This document shows positions 44,663 through 53,538 of a stretch of DNA of 64,000 nucleotides, piece after piece. The stretch covers positions 198,308 to 262,307 of the forward strand of contig CAVZIQ010000003.1 of NCBI GenBank assembly GCA_963775515.1, read 5' to 3'. How positions within the stretch are numbered: the first letter of the stretch is position 1; each line of letters starts with the position of its first letter. The notes under the pieces were generated by a model. The model ran no database searches. It was not told the DNA's origin and worked only from the letters and a program-made list of their open reading frames with translations. The position numbers were made by a program, and so were the translations under genes. Source of the stretch: an uncultured Alphaproteobacteria bacterium. GTDB lineage: Bacteria > Pseudomonadota > Alphaproteobacteria > Rhizobiales > Xanthobacteraceae.

Positions 44663-45415
44663 ATGAAAGACGTCATGAAAAAAGATGGACTTGGAGCGCC
44701 CAAAATTGCCGATCGGACCACCTTTCAGGCGGAGCTGGACGCGTTGCGGCTTCGCGAAAAGGCCTACACCCGGGAAGGCGACGCTATTTCGGCCGCGCGC
44801 CGGCAACTCCCCATGGTCGAGGTGAACGGCGCGACACCGCTCATCGGCGAGCGCGGAAAGGTGACACTGTTGGACGCGTTTGAGGGCCGCCGGCTGCTCA
44901 TCGCCTATTACTTCATGTGGCATGCCGGAAAACCTGCGCCGGAGCAGTGCGAAGGTTGCACCTTTTACACATCGCAGGTGTGCGAACTGTCCTTTCTGCA
45001 TTCCCGCGCTGTCACCTACGCCACGTTCGCCCAAGGGCCGTACGAAGAGAGCGCGCGATACCGCGATTTCATGGGATGGGAGATGCCCTGGTACGCAGCC
45101 CCCCGGGAGTCGCTTGAGACCCTCTTGGTTGGACGCCGCGTCGGCATGATGCACATCGTTTGCTACCTGCGACGAGGATCCAAAGTGTTCGAGACTTACT
45201 GGACGACGCGGCGTGGCGTCGAGGCGATGGACAACAGCTATCGGTTGCTCGATTTGACCGTCTACGGGCGGCAGGAGGCGTGGGAGGACTCGCCGGCCGG
45301 CTGGCCGCAACAGCCAGAAGGCCAGCACGCTTACCGCATCGATGGACGCCCCATCGTCCAGTGGCCTCGCCTGAAAGCAGGGTATTCGGACGACCTGGGT
45401 CCTAACAAGCGCTGA
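44663..45415 (+). CDS. DUF899 thioredoxin-fold protein
   Basis: 'FQAELDALRLREKAYTREGDAISAARRQLPMVEV...LLDAFEGRRLLIAYYFMW...CEGCT'. Confidence 0.75.
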   Translation: MKDVMKKDGLGAPKIADRTTFQAELDALRLREKAYTREGDAISAARRQLPMVEVNGATPLIGERGKVTLLDAFEGRRLLIAYYFMWHAGKPAPEQCEGCTFYTSQVCELSFLHSRAVTYATFAQGPYEESARYRDFMGWEMPWYAAPRESLETLLVGRRVGMMHIVCYLRRGSKVFETYWTTRRGVEAMDNSYRLLDLTVYGRQEAWEDSPAGWPQQPEGQHAYRIDGRPIVQWPRLKAGYSDDLGPNKR

Positions 45416-45424
45416 GGGACGGTC

Positions 45425-45703
45425 GTGTCGGAGACTTTCATGACTTCAAGGCCGGCCAGTTCGAAGGGGGCGTTTGGAGCTCGTCGCGCATCGGTCGCCC
45501 GCGTCGCGGCCGATTGGCTGTGCCTCGCGGCTACTCCGACCTTCGCCATTATCGCGCTGCTCGCTGCTCACGACCGCGGTCAGCCCGACATCCTCTGCGC
45601 GGCCATGCGGCATGCGTCGCCGCTCAGCGGAATGGTTCCGATGTACCTCTTGATGAGCGTCTTCCACTCGGTGCCGTGGCTAAAGCTGATTTGCTGTCGA
45701 TAG
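45425..45703 (+). CDS. Small membrane protein, unknown function
   Basis: Two hydrophobic helices. 10 nt after the DUF899 gene. No domain recognised. Confidence 0.4.
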   Translation: MSETFMTSRPASSKGAFGARRASVARVAADWLCLAATPTFAIIALLAAHDRGQPDILCAAMRHASPLSGMVPMYLLMSVFHSVPWLKLICCR

Positions 45704-45711
45704 CACCGACG

Positions 45712-46629
45712 TCAGTGCTGCGCCGGCTGCGCCGCGACGGCATCCCGCGCCCGATGAAATTCCGGCGTCGGCGGCGGGCCCCAGTTGCTGGTCTTGCCGG
45801 CTTCCCAGGTTTTCGGCCGCTGCGGCGTGTCCTGGTGCCACGGCCGGGGCTCGAAATAGCCGAGCTCCTCGTCGACCATCTTGTCGAGCTCGCAGAAGAA
45901 CTCGATCACCTGATCGTCCGGATTGCGGTGATAGGTGGCGAGGTTGTGACCCGGCCCGTGCCGCAGCGGACCCCAGATGATCGGAATTTTCTTCTGCCCG
46001 AACAGGTCGCAGCTGTTCTGCAAATGAATGAAGTCCTTCAGCTCAAACGCCATGTGGTGCATTTTCGAGGCCGTGCCGCGGATGAAATTCACAGTGTGAT
46101 GATCCGAATTGCAGCGCATGAACACGAAGAAGTCGGAAATCCAATCCGAGATCCGGAAGCCCATTACCTTGCTGTAAAACTCAGCCGTCTCCGCCGGATT
46201 CTCGACCACCCAGGCGATATGGCCGAGCTTGAGCGGCCCAACGCCGTGATGCTGCAGATGCTTGCCGAGATAGCTCCAGTCCTTGAACAGCGCGATGGTC
46301 GTGCCCTTGTTGTCTTTGAACGTCAGCACCGGCCCCATGCCCGGAATGGAATCGTTGCGCAGCTCGCTCTTGATGCCGTCCTCTTCCAGCTTGCGGGAGA
46401 GCGTGCCGAAGTCGGAATCCGGCGCGACTTCGAACGACAGCATGCTGCAGCGCTCGGCGTCGGCCTTGTTGATCTGGATGGCGAGCTGCCCGACTTTGGT
46501 GGCGAGGAAAGCCCGGTCCTTTTCCTGTTCGGCGAGGACGAGTCCCATCACCTCGGTATAATAATCGACGAGGCGCGGCAGGTCGGGCGTCTCGAATGTC
46601 GCGTGGCCGATGCGTCTAGGCTTGATCAT
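45712..46629 (-). CDS. Type I extradiol ring-cleavage dioxygenase (two-VOC-domain)
   Basis: 'IGHATFETPDL...YYTEVMGL', 'LGHIAWVVENP...FYSKVMGFRISD', 'HHTVNF...MHHMAFE'. AGGAGCA Shine-Dalgarno before the ATG at 46629. Confidence 0.85.
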   Translation of the reverse strand: MIKPRRIGHATFETPDLPRLVDYYTEVMGLVLAEQEKDRAFLATKVGQLAIQINKADAERCSMLSFEVAPDSDFGTLSRKLEEDGIKSELRNDSIPGMGPVLTFKDNKGTTIALFKDWSYLGKHLQHHGVGPLKLGHIAWVVENPAETAEFYSKVMGFRISDWISDFFVFMRCNSDHHTVNFIRGTASKMHHMAFELKDFIHLQNSCDLFGQKKIPIIWGPLRHGPGHNLATYHRNPDDQVIEFFCELDKMVDEELGYFEPRPWHQDTPQRPKTWEAGKTSNWGPPPTPEFHRARDAVAAQPAQH

Positions 46630-46805
46630 TTTGTGCTCCTGCCGCGTTTCCCGCCTTCTGCAGCCGGAATCAATCACCACGGGTGCGCCAACTCAAGGGC
46701 ATCGTCCGCCTAATATTGCCCGTCGGCCATCCGCCTGACAAACTTGCCAATTGCGCGGGATCGCGGTTTGGTCGCTGCCGAAATTTTAACAGGGAGTACA
46801 CGCTC

Positions 46806-47747
46806 ATGGCTTCGGCAAAACCCGCCGGCTACAAACTCGCGACCTATAAATCGAGCGAGGGACCGCGCGCGGGCCTCATTGTCGGCGACGAGGTATTTGA
46901 CGCGGCAAAGCTCACCGGCAAACCGGCCTATGCCAGTGTTATCGGCATTCTCGCCGACTGGAAGTCGGCCGAGGCGGCGCTGAAAAAAGCCGCCGCCGGA
47001 GCGGCCAAAAGCCGGGGCAAGCGGCTGCCGCTGAAAAAGACCAAATTGCTGGCGCCGATCCAGGGCAGCGTCGCGATCTATTGCGCCGGCGCCAATTACG
47101 CCGATCACGCTGCGGCCATGGCGGCGCGGGAGGGCAGTCCGCCGCCGCCCGATCCGCACAGCCAGGGGCTGAAGCCTTTTCATTTCCTCAAGGCGCCGGG
47201 CACCATCGTGGCTGCGGGCACGACGATCAAGATTTCCCACTACGCCAAAGCCATGGACTGGGAAATCGAGCTTGCCGCTGTCATCGGCCGACCGGCCAAG
47301 GACGTGCCGAAGGAGAAAGCGCTCAGTTATGTCGCCGGCTATATGGTCTCCAACGATCTGTCGGCCCGCGACCGCGGCCGGCGCGACGGGGTGCCGCCGA
47401 CCTCGCCGTTCAAGATGGACTGGCTCAAGCACAAGACGTTCGAGGGCTCATGCCCGATCGGGCCGTGGATCGTGCCGGCAGGCGATATTCCCGATCCGCA
47501 AAAACTCGCGCTAAAACTGTGGGTTAACGGCGAGCTGAAGCAGGATTCCAACACCGCCAAGATGCTGTTCACGCTGGCCGAGCAGATTGAGCAATTGTCG
47601 GCCAACATGACGCTGCATCCCGGCGACCTGATCCTGACCGGCACGCCGTCGGGGACCGGCGCCGAGAGCGGCACCTTCCTCAAGGCCGGCGATGTCGTGA
47701 AGCTCTGGATCGAGAAGGTCGGCGAGTTCGAGAACCGGATGGCCTAA
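46806..47747 (+). CDS. FAH-family hydrolase/isomerase
   Basis: 'MDWEIELAAVIGR', 'HKTFEGSCPIGPW', 'LHPGDLILTGTPSG'. Confidence 0.85.
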   Translation: MASAKPAGYKLATYKSSEGPRAGLIVGDEVFDAAKLTGKPAYASVIGILADWKSAEAALKKAAAGAAKSRGKRLPLKKTKLLAPIQGSVAIYCAGANYADHAAAMAAREGSPPPPDPHSQGLKPFHFLKAPGTIVAAGTTIKISHYAKAMDWEIELAAVIGRPAKDVPKEKALSYVAGYMVSNDLSARDRGRRDGVPPTSPFKMDWLKHKTFEGSCPIGPWIVPAGDIPDPQKLALKLWVNGELKQDSNTAKMLFTLAEQIEQLSANMTLHPGDLILTGTPSGTGAESGTFLKAGDVVKLWIEKVGEFENRMA

Positions 47748-47918
47748 CGGGCCCTCGGACGGGCATGGCTGGGCATCGAGTCATGCCCGTCGCGCAGGCG
47801 GTTGGTCTGTGCTAAAAAGGATGAGTCAGGCGGTCGTTAAATCGGGCCGCCCCATCGCCCCGCCGAGGGCGAGCCAAAAAACCGGAACAAAAGGGTTAAA
47901 CGCGAGGGCGTAACGCAG

Positions 47919-48284
47919 ATGGCCGAAAAATTCGTCGCAAAACTCTCGGAAATGAAGGACGGCGAGCGCCGCATCGTCTTTGTCGGTGACAACGAGATCG
48001 GCGTGTTCCGGCATGAGGGCGAGTACTACGCCTACAGCAATTTCTGCCTGCACCAGGGCGGGCCGGCCTGCGAAGGGCTGACCATCGCCAAGGTCGAGGA
48101 GCGGCTGCGGCCGGACAAAACCTCGATGGGCCTGTTCTTCTCCGAAAACGAGATGCACTTCGTCTGTCCCTGGCACGGCATGGAATACGACATGAAGACC
48201 GGCGAATGCGTCTCCGACCGCAAGATGAAGCTGAAGAAGTACAAGACGGTGCAAAAGGGAGAAGACCTTTATGTCGTCGCCTAA
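47919..48284 (+). CDS. Rieske [2Fe-2S] ferredoxin-like protein
   Basis: 'CLHQGGP' and 'CPWHGMEYD' form the CxH...CxxH motif. Confidence 0.85.
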   Translation: MAEKFVAKLSEMKDGERRIVFVGDNEIGVFRHEGEYYAYSNFCLHQGGPACEGLTIAKVEERLRPDKTSMGLFFSENEMHFVCPWHGMEYDMKTGECVSDRKMKLKKYKTVQKGEDLYVVA

Positions 48285-48648
48285 GCGCGCAGCGAAAGCT
48301 GCCGCGAAACCTGCGGCGAAGGCGCGGCCGGCCGCGCTGCGCGCGGTCAAGCCGGCCGTTGTTCCCGATAGCGGCACTTCGGCGGAGGCCAAGCAGCTCG
48401 CCGCAACGCTCGAGCGCAGCATCGTCGATGACAAGCTCGACACGATTTCGGCCGAGGCGCTGCAAAAGCTCATCGCGGCTGCCTGCCGGGTCTATACCGC
48501 GCGCGCCCAAGCCGGCGAGACATTCACGCCGGTGCCGAGGAATTCGATTACCGCCACCGACGTGATGATCACGGCGAGCGGATTGTTACGGTCGGCCGAT
48601 CTCGCGGTGTTCGAGCTCGGCATGTGGCAAAACTGGACGGGCCGCTGA
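48271..48648 (+). CDS. Unknown protein with Ala/Lys/Pro-rich N-terminal tail
   Basis: GGGAGA Shine-Dalgarno. 14-nt overlap with the Rieske gene. 'SSPKRAAKAAAKPAAKARPAALRAVKPA' followed by a globular part. Confidence 0.55.
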   Translation: MSSPKRAAKAAAKPAAKARPAALRAVKPAVVPDSGTSAEAKQLAATLERSIVDDKLDTISAEALQKLIAAACRVYTARAQAGETFTPVPRNSITATDVMITASGLLRSADLAVFELGMWQNWTGR

Positions 48649-48684
48649 ACCCGCCATTGGAAAGATAGAAAACGGAGAAACGTC

Positions 48685-49941
48685 ATGGATCTCATCGCCG
48701 ATCGCGGTCGCCGCGTAACGATCGAGGAACTCAATACCACCCGGCTGTTGTCGCATGCGCGCAAGCAGGCCCATCAGCGCAACCTCGACGACATGGTGAT
48801 CGTCGACGTCGACGCTCACCACTACGAGAACGAAAGCTACGACGAGTTCCTGCCGTATATGGAAAACGACGTTTTGCGCCAGCTCAGTATGGCGAGCCGC
48901 ACCAAAAACAATCGCGCCGGAATTACCGCGAGCCAGGTCGGCTACCAGGACATGGGCGGCCGCGTCACCCGCTATCCGATGCGCAGCTCGGAAAAGACCG
49001 AAGGCTTGAAGGGTGCGCAGCGCGACATTCAGCTCGGCCATCGCTGGATGGACGCAATGAGCGTCGATTATTCCTGCCTGTTCCCCACCGGCATGCTCAA
49101 CATCGGTCTGCATCCGCAGAAGGAAATGGAGGTCGAGCTGTGCTGGGCCTATAATCGCTGGCTCACCGAGAAGGTGATGCCCGAGGGCGGCAACCGCTTC
49201 TTCTCCATGCTGTGCCTGCCGTTCAATACGCCGGAGGCCGCGCTGCGCCACGTCGAGGTATTCGGCGATCGGCCGAATGTCGGCGGCTTCATGGTCACCA
49301 CCGTGCGTTCGGATATGGCGGTCTATGACAACGCCTATATGAAGCTGTATCGGGCGCTGGAAGAGCGCGGCCTGGTGCTGTCGTTCCACTCCGGCCCGAA
49401 CTGGGGCGAACCGATCTACAAGAGCTGCAACCGCTTCCTTTCGGCGCACGCGCTTGGCTTCACCTGGTACAACGTCGTGCACTGTACCAACTGGGTGATC
49501 AACGGCATGGGCGAGCGCTTTCCCAAATTGCCGGTGATCTGGATCGAATCCGGCCTTGCCTGGGTGCCGTTCCTGATGCAGCGGCTCGACCACGAATACA
49601 TGCTGCGGCCGTCCGAGGCGCCGCTCCTGAAAAAGAAGCCGTCGGACTACATGCGCGATATGTATTATTCGTCGCAGCCGATGGAGATTCAGGATTACGA
49701 CGCGATGGAGTGCACGTTCCGCATGATGAATGCCGAGACGCAGCTCCTCTATTCGTCCGACTATCCGCATTGGGACTTCGACCTGCCGTCGACGATCTAC
49801 GACTTGCCGTTCCTGTCGGAGAAGGCGAAACACAATATTCTCGGCGGCACCGCCGCGCGGCTGTTCAAGCTGCCGCCGCGCAACGACAAGCAGAAAGAGA
49901 ACCTCAAGCGGTTCGGTAATCTCACGCCTGCGGCGGCCTGA
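48685..49941 (+). CDS. Amidohydrolase_2-family metal-dependent hydrolase/decarboxylase
   Basis: 'IVDVDAHHYE', 'LSFHSG', 'YSSDYPHWDFD'. Confidence 0.85.
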   Translation: MDLIADRGRRVTIEELNTTRLLSHARKQAHQRNLDDMVIVDVDAHHYENESYDEFLPYMENDVLRQLSMASRTKNNRAGITASQVGYQDMGGRVTRYPMRSSEKTEGLKGAQRDIQLGHRWMDAMSVDYSCLFPTGMLNIGLHPQKEMEVELCWAYNRWLTEKVMPEGGNRFFSMLCLPFNTPEAALRHVEVFGDRPNVGGFMVTTVRSDMAVYDNAYMKLYRALEERGLVLSFHSGPNWGEPIYKSCNRFLSAHALGFTWYNVVHCTNWVINGMGERFPKLPVIWIESGLAWVPFLMQRLDHEYMLRPSEAPLLKKKPSDYMRDMYYSSQPMEIQDYDAMECTFRMMNAETQLLYSSDYPHWDFDLPSTIYDLPFLSEKAKHNILGGTAARLFKLPPRNDKQKENLKRFGNLTPAAA

Positions 49942-49970
49942 ATTTTCGATCCAGGACCGGTTGTTGCAAT

Positions 49971-50000
49971 AATGCCCGGCCTCGTGCCGGGCATTCGTTT
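49971..50000 (+). terminator. Intrinsic terminator after the amidohydrolase gene
   Basis: AATGCCCGGC-ctcgt-GCCGGGCATT followed by CGTTTT. Confidence 0.65.
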
Positions 50001-50218
50001 TGGCGGAAGCCTAGCTTGGCTGGACGGCCAATTCCGGCCCCGCCGGAGGCCAATTGCGGCACGAGTGCGGCAGCGCACACTAAACGTTTAAAACGCTGAA
50101 AGTTCCACTTTACAAAACAATAACTTACGGCACCTTTTGCGATGCACAAAATGCTGGCAATTTCGGCATCGAAGTATTAAGTAAGCCGTTCAAGCTGACA
50201 ATTGAGGGACGACTGAGG

Positions 50219-50449
50219 ATGAAGATCATAGTTGCTGCATGTCTTTTCGTGGGTCTATCGGTCACCGCCGCGAACGCGGTCGATCTCGCCGAGTTGGCGC
50301 CGTGCCGGCCGGCTGCCGCGCGGCTTTGCGATCATGCCGGCGGCATGACCTGGGACAATCTCATGCGCTGTGGTGCAACGCTCGCTGCGCACAGTTGGCG
50401 CGTCGGCGACGAGTGCCGCGCCGTGCTGCGGAAGTACGGCCAGCTCTGA
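50219..50449 (+). CDS. Small secreted Cys-containing protein, unknown function
   Basis: Signal peptide 'MKIIVAACLFVGLSVTAANA', 4 Cys in the mature part, followed by a strong terminator. Confidence 0.5.
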   Translation: MKIIVAACLFVGLSVTAANAVDLAELAPCRPAAARLCDHAGGMTWDNLMRCGATLAAHSWRVGDECRAVLRKYGQL

Positions 50450-50494
50450 TTGGTTTGAACACAGCATTTTCGTAGCGTAGTTGCGTAGTACAAG

Positions 50495-50539
50495 ACCCCG
50501 GCGCCAAGGTTTTCAAAACCGGCGCCGGGGTTTTTGTTT
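50495..50539 (+). terminator. Intrinsic terminator
   Basis: 11-bp stem ACCCCGGCGCC / GGCGCCGGGGT followed by TTTTTGTTT. Confidence 0.75.
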
Positions 50540-50650
50540 CTGAACGCATGGCCTTCCGGAAACCGCGAAAACCAGCCGGGATGAGCGCACCCCGCGAACA
50601 GGAGGCGATCACCGCGACCGTCCCCTCGATTGCCGCGCCAGCGGCTTCAT

Positions 50651-51733
50651 TCAATCCGTGTTAGCCTTTACTTCTTTGATCTCTTTTATCTGCGCCTCGC
50701 TTAGCCCGCGGATGAAATCCGGCAGCGGGATGAAACCGACGGGCTTGAGATAGCTCGCGGCGTTACCGCCAGTTTCCGAGATGCTCCAGCGCAAGAAGGA
50801 GCGCAGCGCATCGGCCATTGCGGCGTTGGGCTGCGATTTCGAAACGACAGCGTATTCGTAATTGATCAGTGGGTAGCTGTTGTCGCCGGGAGCATAGACG
50901 AGGCTGATGCGCTCATAGGGGGGTGTGCGCGGATCGAGCTGCGCGGCGGCATCGGCAATTGATTCCGGCGTCGGCAGCAAGAACTTGCCGGCTTGGTTCT
51001 CGACCATGGCTGTGCCGAGACCGGCTTTGGCGACGTCTCCGCCGTAGCTGATACCTACGTAGCCGATCGAGTAGGGGTTGGCGGCAAGCGCCTGAACGAG
51101 GCCGTCATTTCCAGTCGCGGTCTTTTCCGCGGCAACGTTAGGCCAAGAGACGGTGCTGCCGTAGCCTGGATTGTTTTCCCAACTGTCGGCGGAAAAATCC
51201 AGGAACTGGGTGAAGATGAAGGTGTCGCCGGAGCCCTCGGCACGGCGGATCGGAATGATCGTCTGGTGCGGAAGCGTCACGCCGGGGTTCATCGCTTTGA
51301 TTGCGGGATCGTCCCACTGCGTGACGGTACCAGAATAGATCGCGGCGAGGGTCGAACCGTTGATCTTGATATTCGCGCCGTTGAGATCCGGAAGGTTATA
51401 GTTGATCGTCTGGGCCGAGATGGCGAGCGGGATGTCGAGGATATTCGGGTTATGCGCCGCGATCGCGTCGGAAATATAGGCATCGGAGGCGCCGATGCTG
51501 GCCTTGCCTGCGAGCGCGGCTTCCTCGCCGGCGCCGGAGCCGGTGGCCGCTGCGCTCAGATCGACATTGGGGACGACGCTCTTGTAGCCGGCGATCCAAG
51601 ACTGGAACAGCGGGTAGAGCAAGGTCGAGCCGGTTTCCCTGAGTGTAATGGTGTCGGCCGCATGCGCGATCGGGACCGCGAGGACCAAGGCGATGGCGCT
51701 GCCACCGAGCATATGGCGAAGTCTGTTTTTCAT
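50651..51733 (-). CDS. pstS: Phosphate-binding protein PstS family
   Basis: Signal peptide, 'ETGSTLLYPLFQSWIAGYK', 'ATGSGAG', 'IGASDAY', 'AEGSGDTFIFTQ'. Confidence 0.82.
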   Translation of the reverse strand: MKNRLRHMLGGSAIALVLAVPIAHAADTITLRETGSTLLYPLFQSWIAGYKSVVPNVDLSAAATGSGAGEEAALAGKASIGASDAYISDAIAAHNPNILDIPLAISAQTINYNLPDLNGANIKINGSTLAAIYSGTVTQWDDPAIKAMNPGVTLPHQTIIPIRRAEGSGDTFIFTQFLDFSADSWENNPGYGSTVSWPNVAAEKTATGNDGLVQALAANPYSIGYVGISYGGDVAKAGLGTAMVENQAGKFLLPTPESIADAAAQLDPRTPPYERISLVYAPGDNSYPLINYEYAVVSKSQPNAAMADALRSFLRWSISETGGNAASYLKPVGFIPLPDFIRGLSEAQIKEIKEVKANTD

Positions 51734-51766
51734 GACTGCGTTTCCTGTCTCTTTGTTCTTGTCAGT

Positions 51767-53266
51767 TCAGCGGCCGATGGTATCGAGGTTCACGCCGGTG
51801 GTTTCGATGCGGTACAGCCAGGTCACAATCGCGCCCAACACGGAGCTGATGACGAGGGCGTAGAGCAGCGAGCGAGTGCCGATGGTGACAAGCAGAATGG
51901 GAAAGCCGTAGGTGGTGGCGACTGCGCCGACCTTGCCGATCATCGCCGCGAAGCCGGCGCCCATGCCGCGGACTTCAGTCGGGAACACCTCGCCCGCGAG
52001 CAGGTAGGTTTGCGCGTTGGGGCCGATATTGGTCATGAAATTGAACAGCATCACGCCGGCCATGATGAGGTACAGCCTGGTCGCGCCGTCCGCGTCGAGG
52101 GACAGGGAGGCGATACCCAGCCCGACCGCGCAGCCGAGAAAGCCGAAGATCTGCAACTTGATGCGTCCCAGGCTATCCGACAGCGCGATGGCAAAGATAA
52201 TGCCGACGATAAGCAGCGACGTCGTGAGAGCTGCGGCCTCGGCCGAATGGATACCGCTCGCAATCAGGTCGGCGGGGCTGCGGATCTTGTCTGGTCCGCT
52301 GCCAAGCGCGGCAGCGATCAGGGTCGGTGTGAAGACGCCGATGCCGTAAGTGCCGAGATCCTGGAACAGCCACGGCGCCGAAGAGAAGATGGTGGCGCGG
52401 AGATTTTTCGCGTTGAAAAGCGCGAAGAAACTCTGTTTCGACGCGCTCTTTTCGTCGACGACGTGGCGTGTCAGCTCCACTTTCTGCGGGTAGGTCGGCT
52501 TGCGGTGGAGCAGGCGTGTCACGGCTTTTTCGGCGTGTTCGTGCGCGCCGCGCACGATCAGCCAGTTCGCGCTTTCCGGGATGAAGAAGCGACCGACGGT
52601 GATGATCACTGCCGGCGCCAGCGCGGTCGCATACATCCACCGCCAGGCATCGATGCTCGGGTCGAGCACGAGCACGAGGGCGCCGATCGCGATGCCGCTC
52701 ATGGCGCCCACCGCCTGGAAGGCGAAGGCGCCGAGCACAAGGCGGCCGCGCGATGCGCTCGGAATACTCTCGGAGATAATCATGTGCGCGGTCGGGTAGT
52801 CACAGCCGAGCGCCATGCCGATGCCGAACAGGCAGATTACCAACGATAGAAAACCCCCCACCATGATCAGCAGCGCCAGGAACAGGCAGAAGATAATCAT
52901 CTCGGCGATGAACATGCGCTTGCGGCCGAAATAGTCCGACAGGCCGCCGAGCAGGATAGTGCCGACCAGAATGCCCGCGAGGCTTGCCGAGGTGACGAGG
53001 CCCGCCTCGCCGGCGCTGAGCCCGAATTCACGGGTAATCAGCGGCACCGTCACGCCGCCCATGAATACGACGAAACCCTCGAAGAACTTGCCGGACGCGG
53101 CGAGTGCCCAAATCCGCCACTGCATGCCCGTCATAGGCGTCGATTTCAGCGTGGTACCGTCGGACCACACGGGCAATTCGTCGATATATTCCTGCACCGT
53201 TTTGTTGCCCGGTTGCGTATTGTTGCCCGGTTGGCTGTACACCTCTCGCGCAGCGACGTTGGCCAT
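51767..53266 (-). CDS. MFS transporter (sugar-porter/phosphate:H+ symporter-like)
   Basis: 'GGLSDYFGRKRM', 12 TM segments, 'PTEVRGMGAG'. Start at the ATG at 53266 ('MANVAAREVY'). Confidence 0.82.
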   Translation of the reverse strand: MANVAAREVYSQPGNNTQPGNKTVQEYIDELPVWSDGTTLKSTPMTGMQWRIWALAASGKFFEGFVVFMGGVTVPLITREFGLSAGEAGLVTSASLAGILVGTILLGGLSDYFGRKRMFIAEMIIFCLFLALLIMVGGFLSLVICLFGIGMALGCDYPTAHMIISESIPSASRGRLVLGAFAFQAVGAMSGIAIGALVLVLDPSIDAWRWMYATALAPAVIITVGRFFIPESANWLIVRGAHEHAEKAVTRLLHRKPTYPQKVELTRHVVDEKSASKQSFFALFNAKNLRATIFSSAPWLFQDLGTYGIGVFTPTLIAAALGSGPDKIRSPADLIASGIHSAEAAALTTSLLIVGIIFAIALSDSLGRIKLQIFGFLGCAVGLGIASLSLDADGATRLYLIMAGVMLFNFMTNIGPNAQTYLLAGEVFPTEVRGMGAGFAAMIGKVGAVATTYGFPILLVTIGTRSLLYALVISSVLGAIVTWLYRIETTGVNLDTIGR

Positions 53267-53538
53267 TGCTCGGCTCCCTTTTAACTCCTTCCCAATCTGC
53301 GGGGGCTTTATGAAGTGCACATGACGGCGGCCCGGCCCTCCTGCGCAAATTCCGGCCGGCCGCCGGCCGCCGGCGGCCCAGGCAGCCTTATCGTAACCGC
53401 AGAGGATTCGACCGTGGGGCAGGGTGAAGTCGGCCAGAACCGCAGGCACGCTTCTCTAATCGGGGTCACGCCGAAACTACGGTCAACGATCAGATGACGT
53501 CCGCGTATAACGACGCGGACGCGGCGCCGTTTGAACAA

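Noticed and set aside
47758-47791. Hairpin GACGGGCATG...CATGCCCGTC after the FAH-family gene as a terminator.
   Set aside because: The stem is present, but the loop is long (14 nt) and no T-run follows. Not convincing as an intrinsic terminator.
53203-53238. 18-bp internal duplication in the MFS gene N-terminus ('QPGNNTQPGNKT').
   Set aside because: Only two imperfect copies, in frame, in a poorly conserved cytoplasmic tail. Probably neutral slippage, so it is noted under the PstS/MFS finding rather than as a feature.
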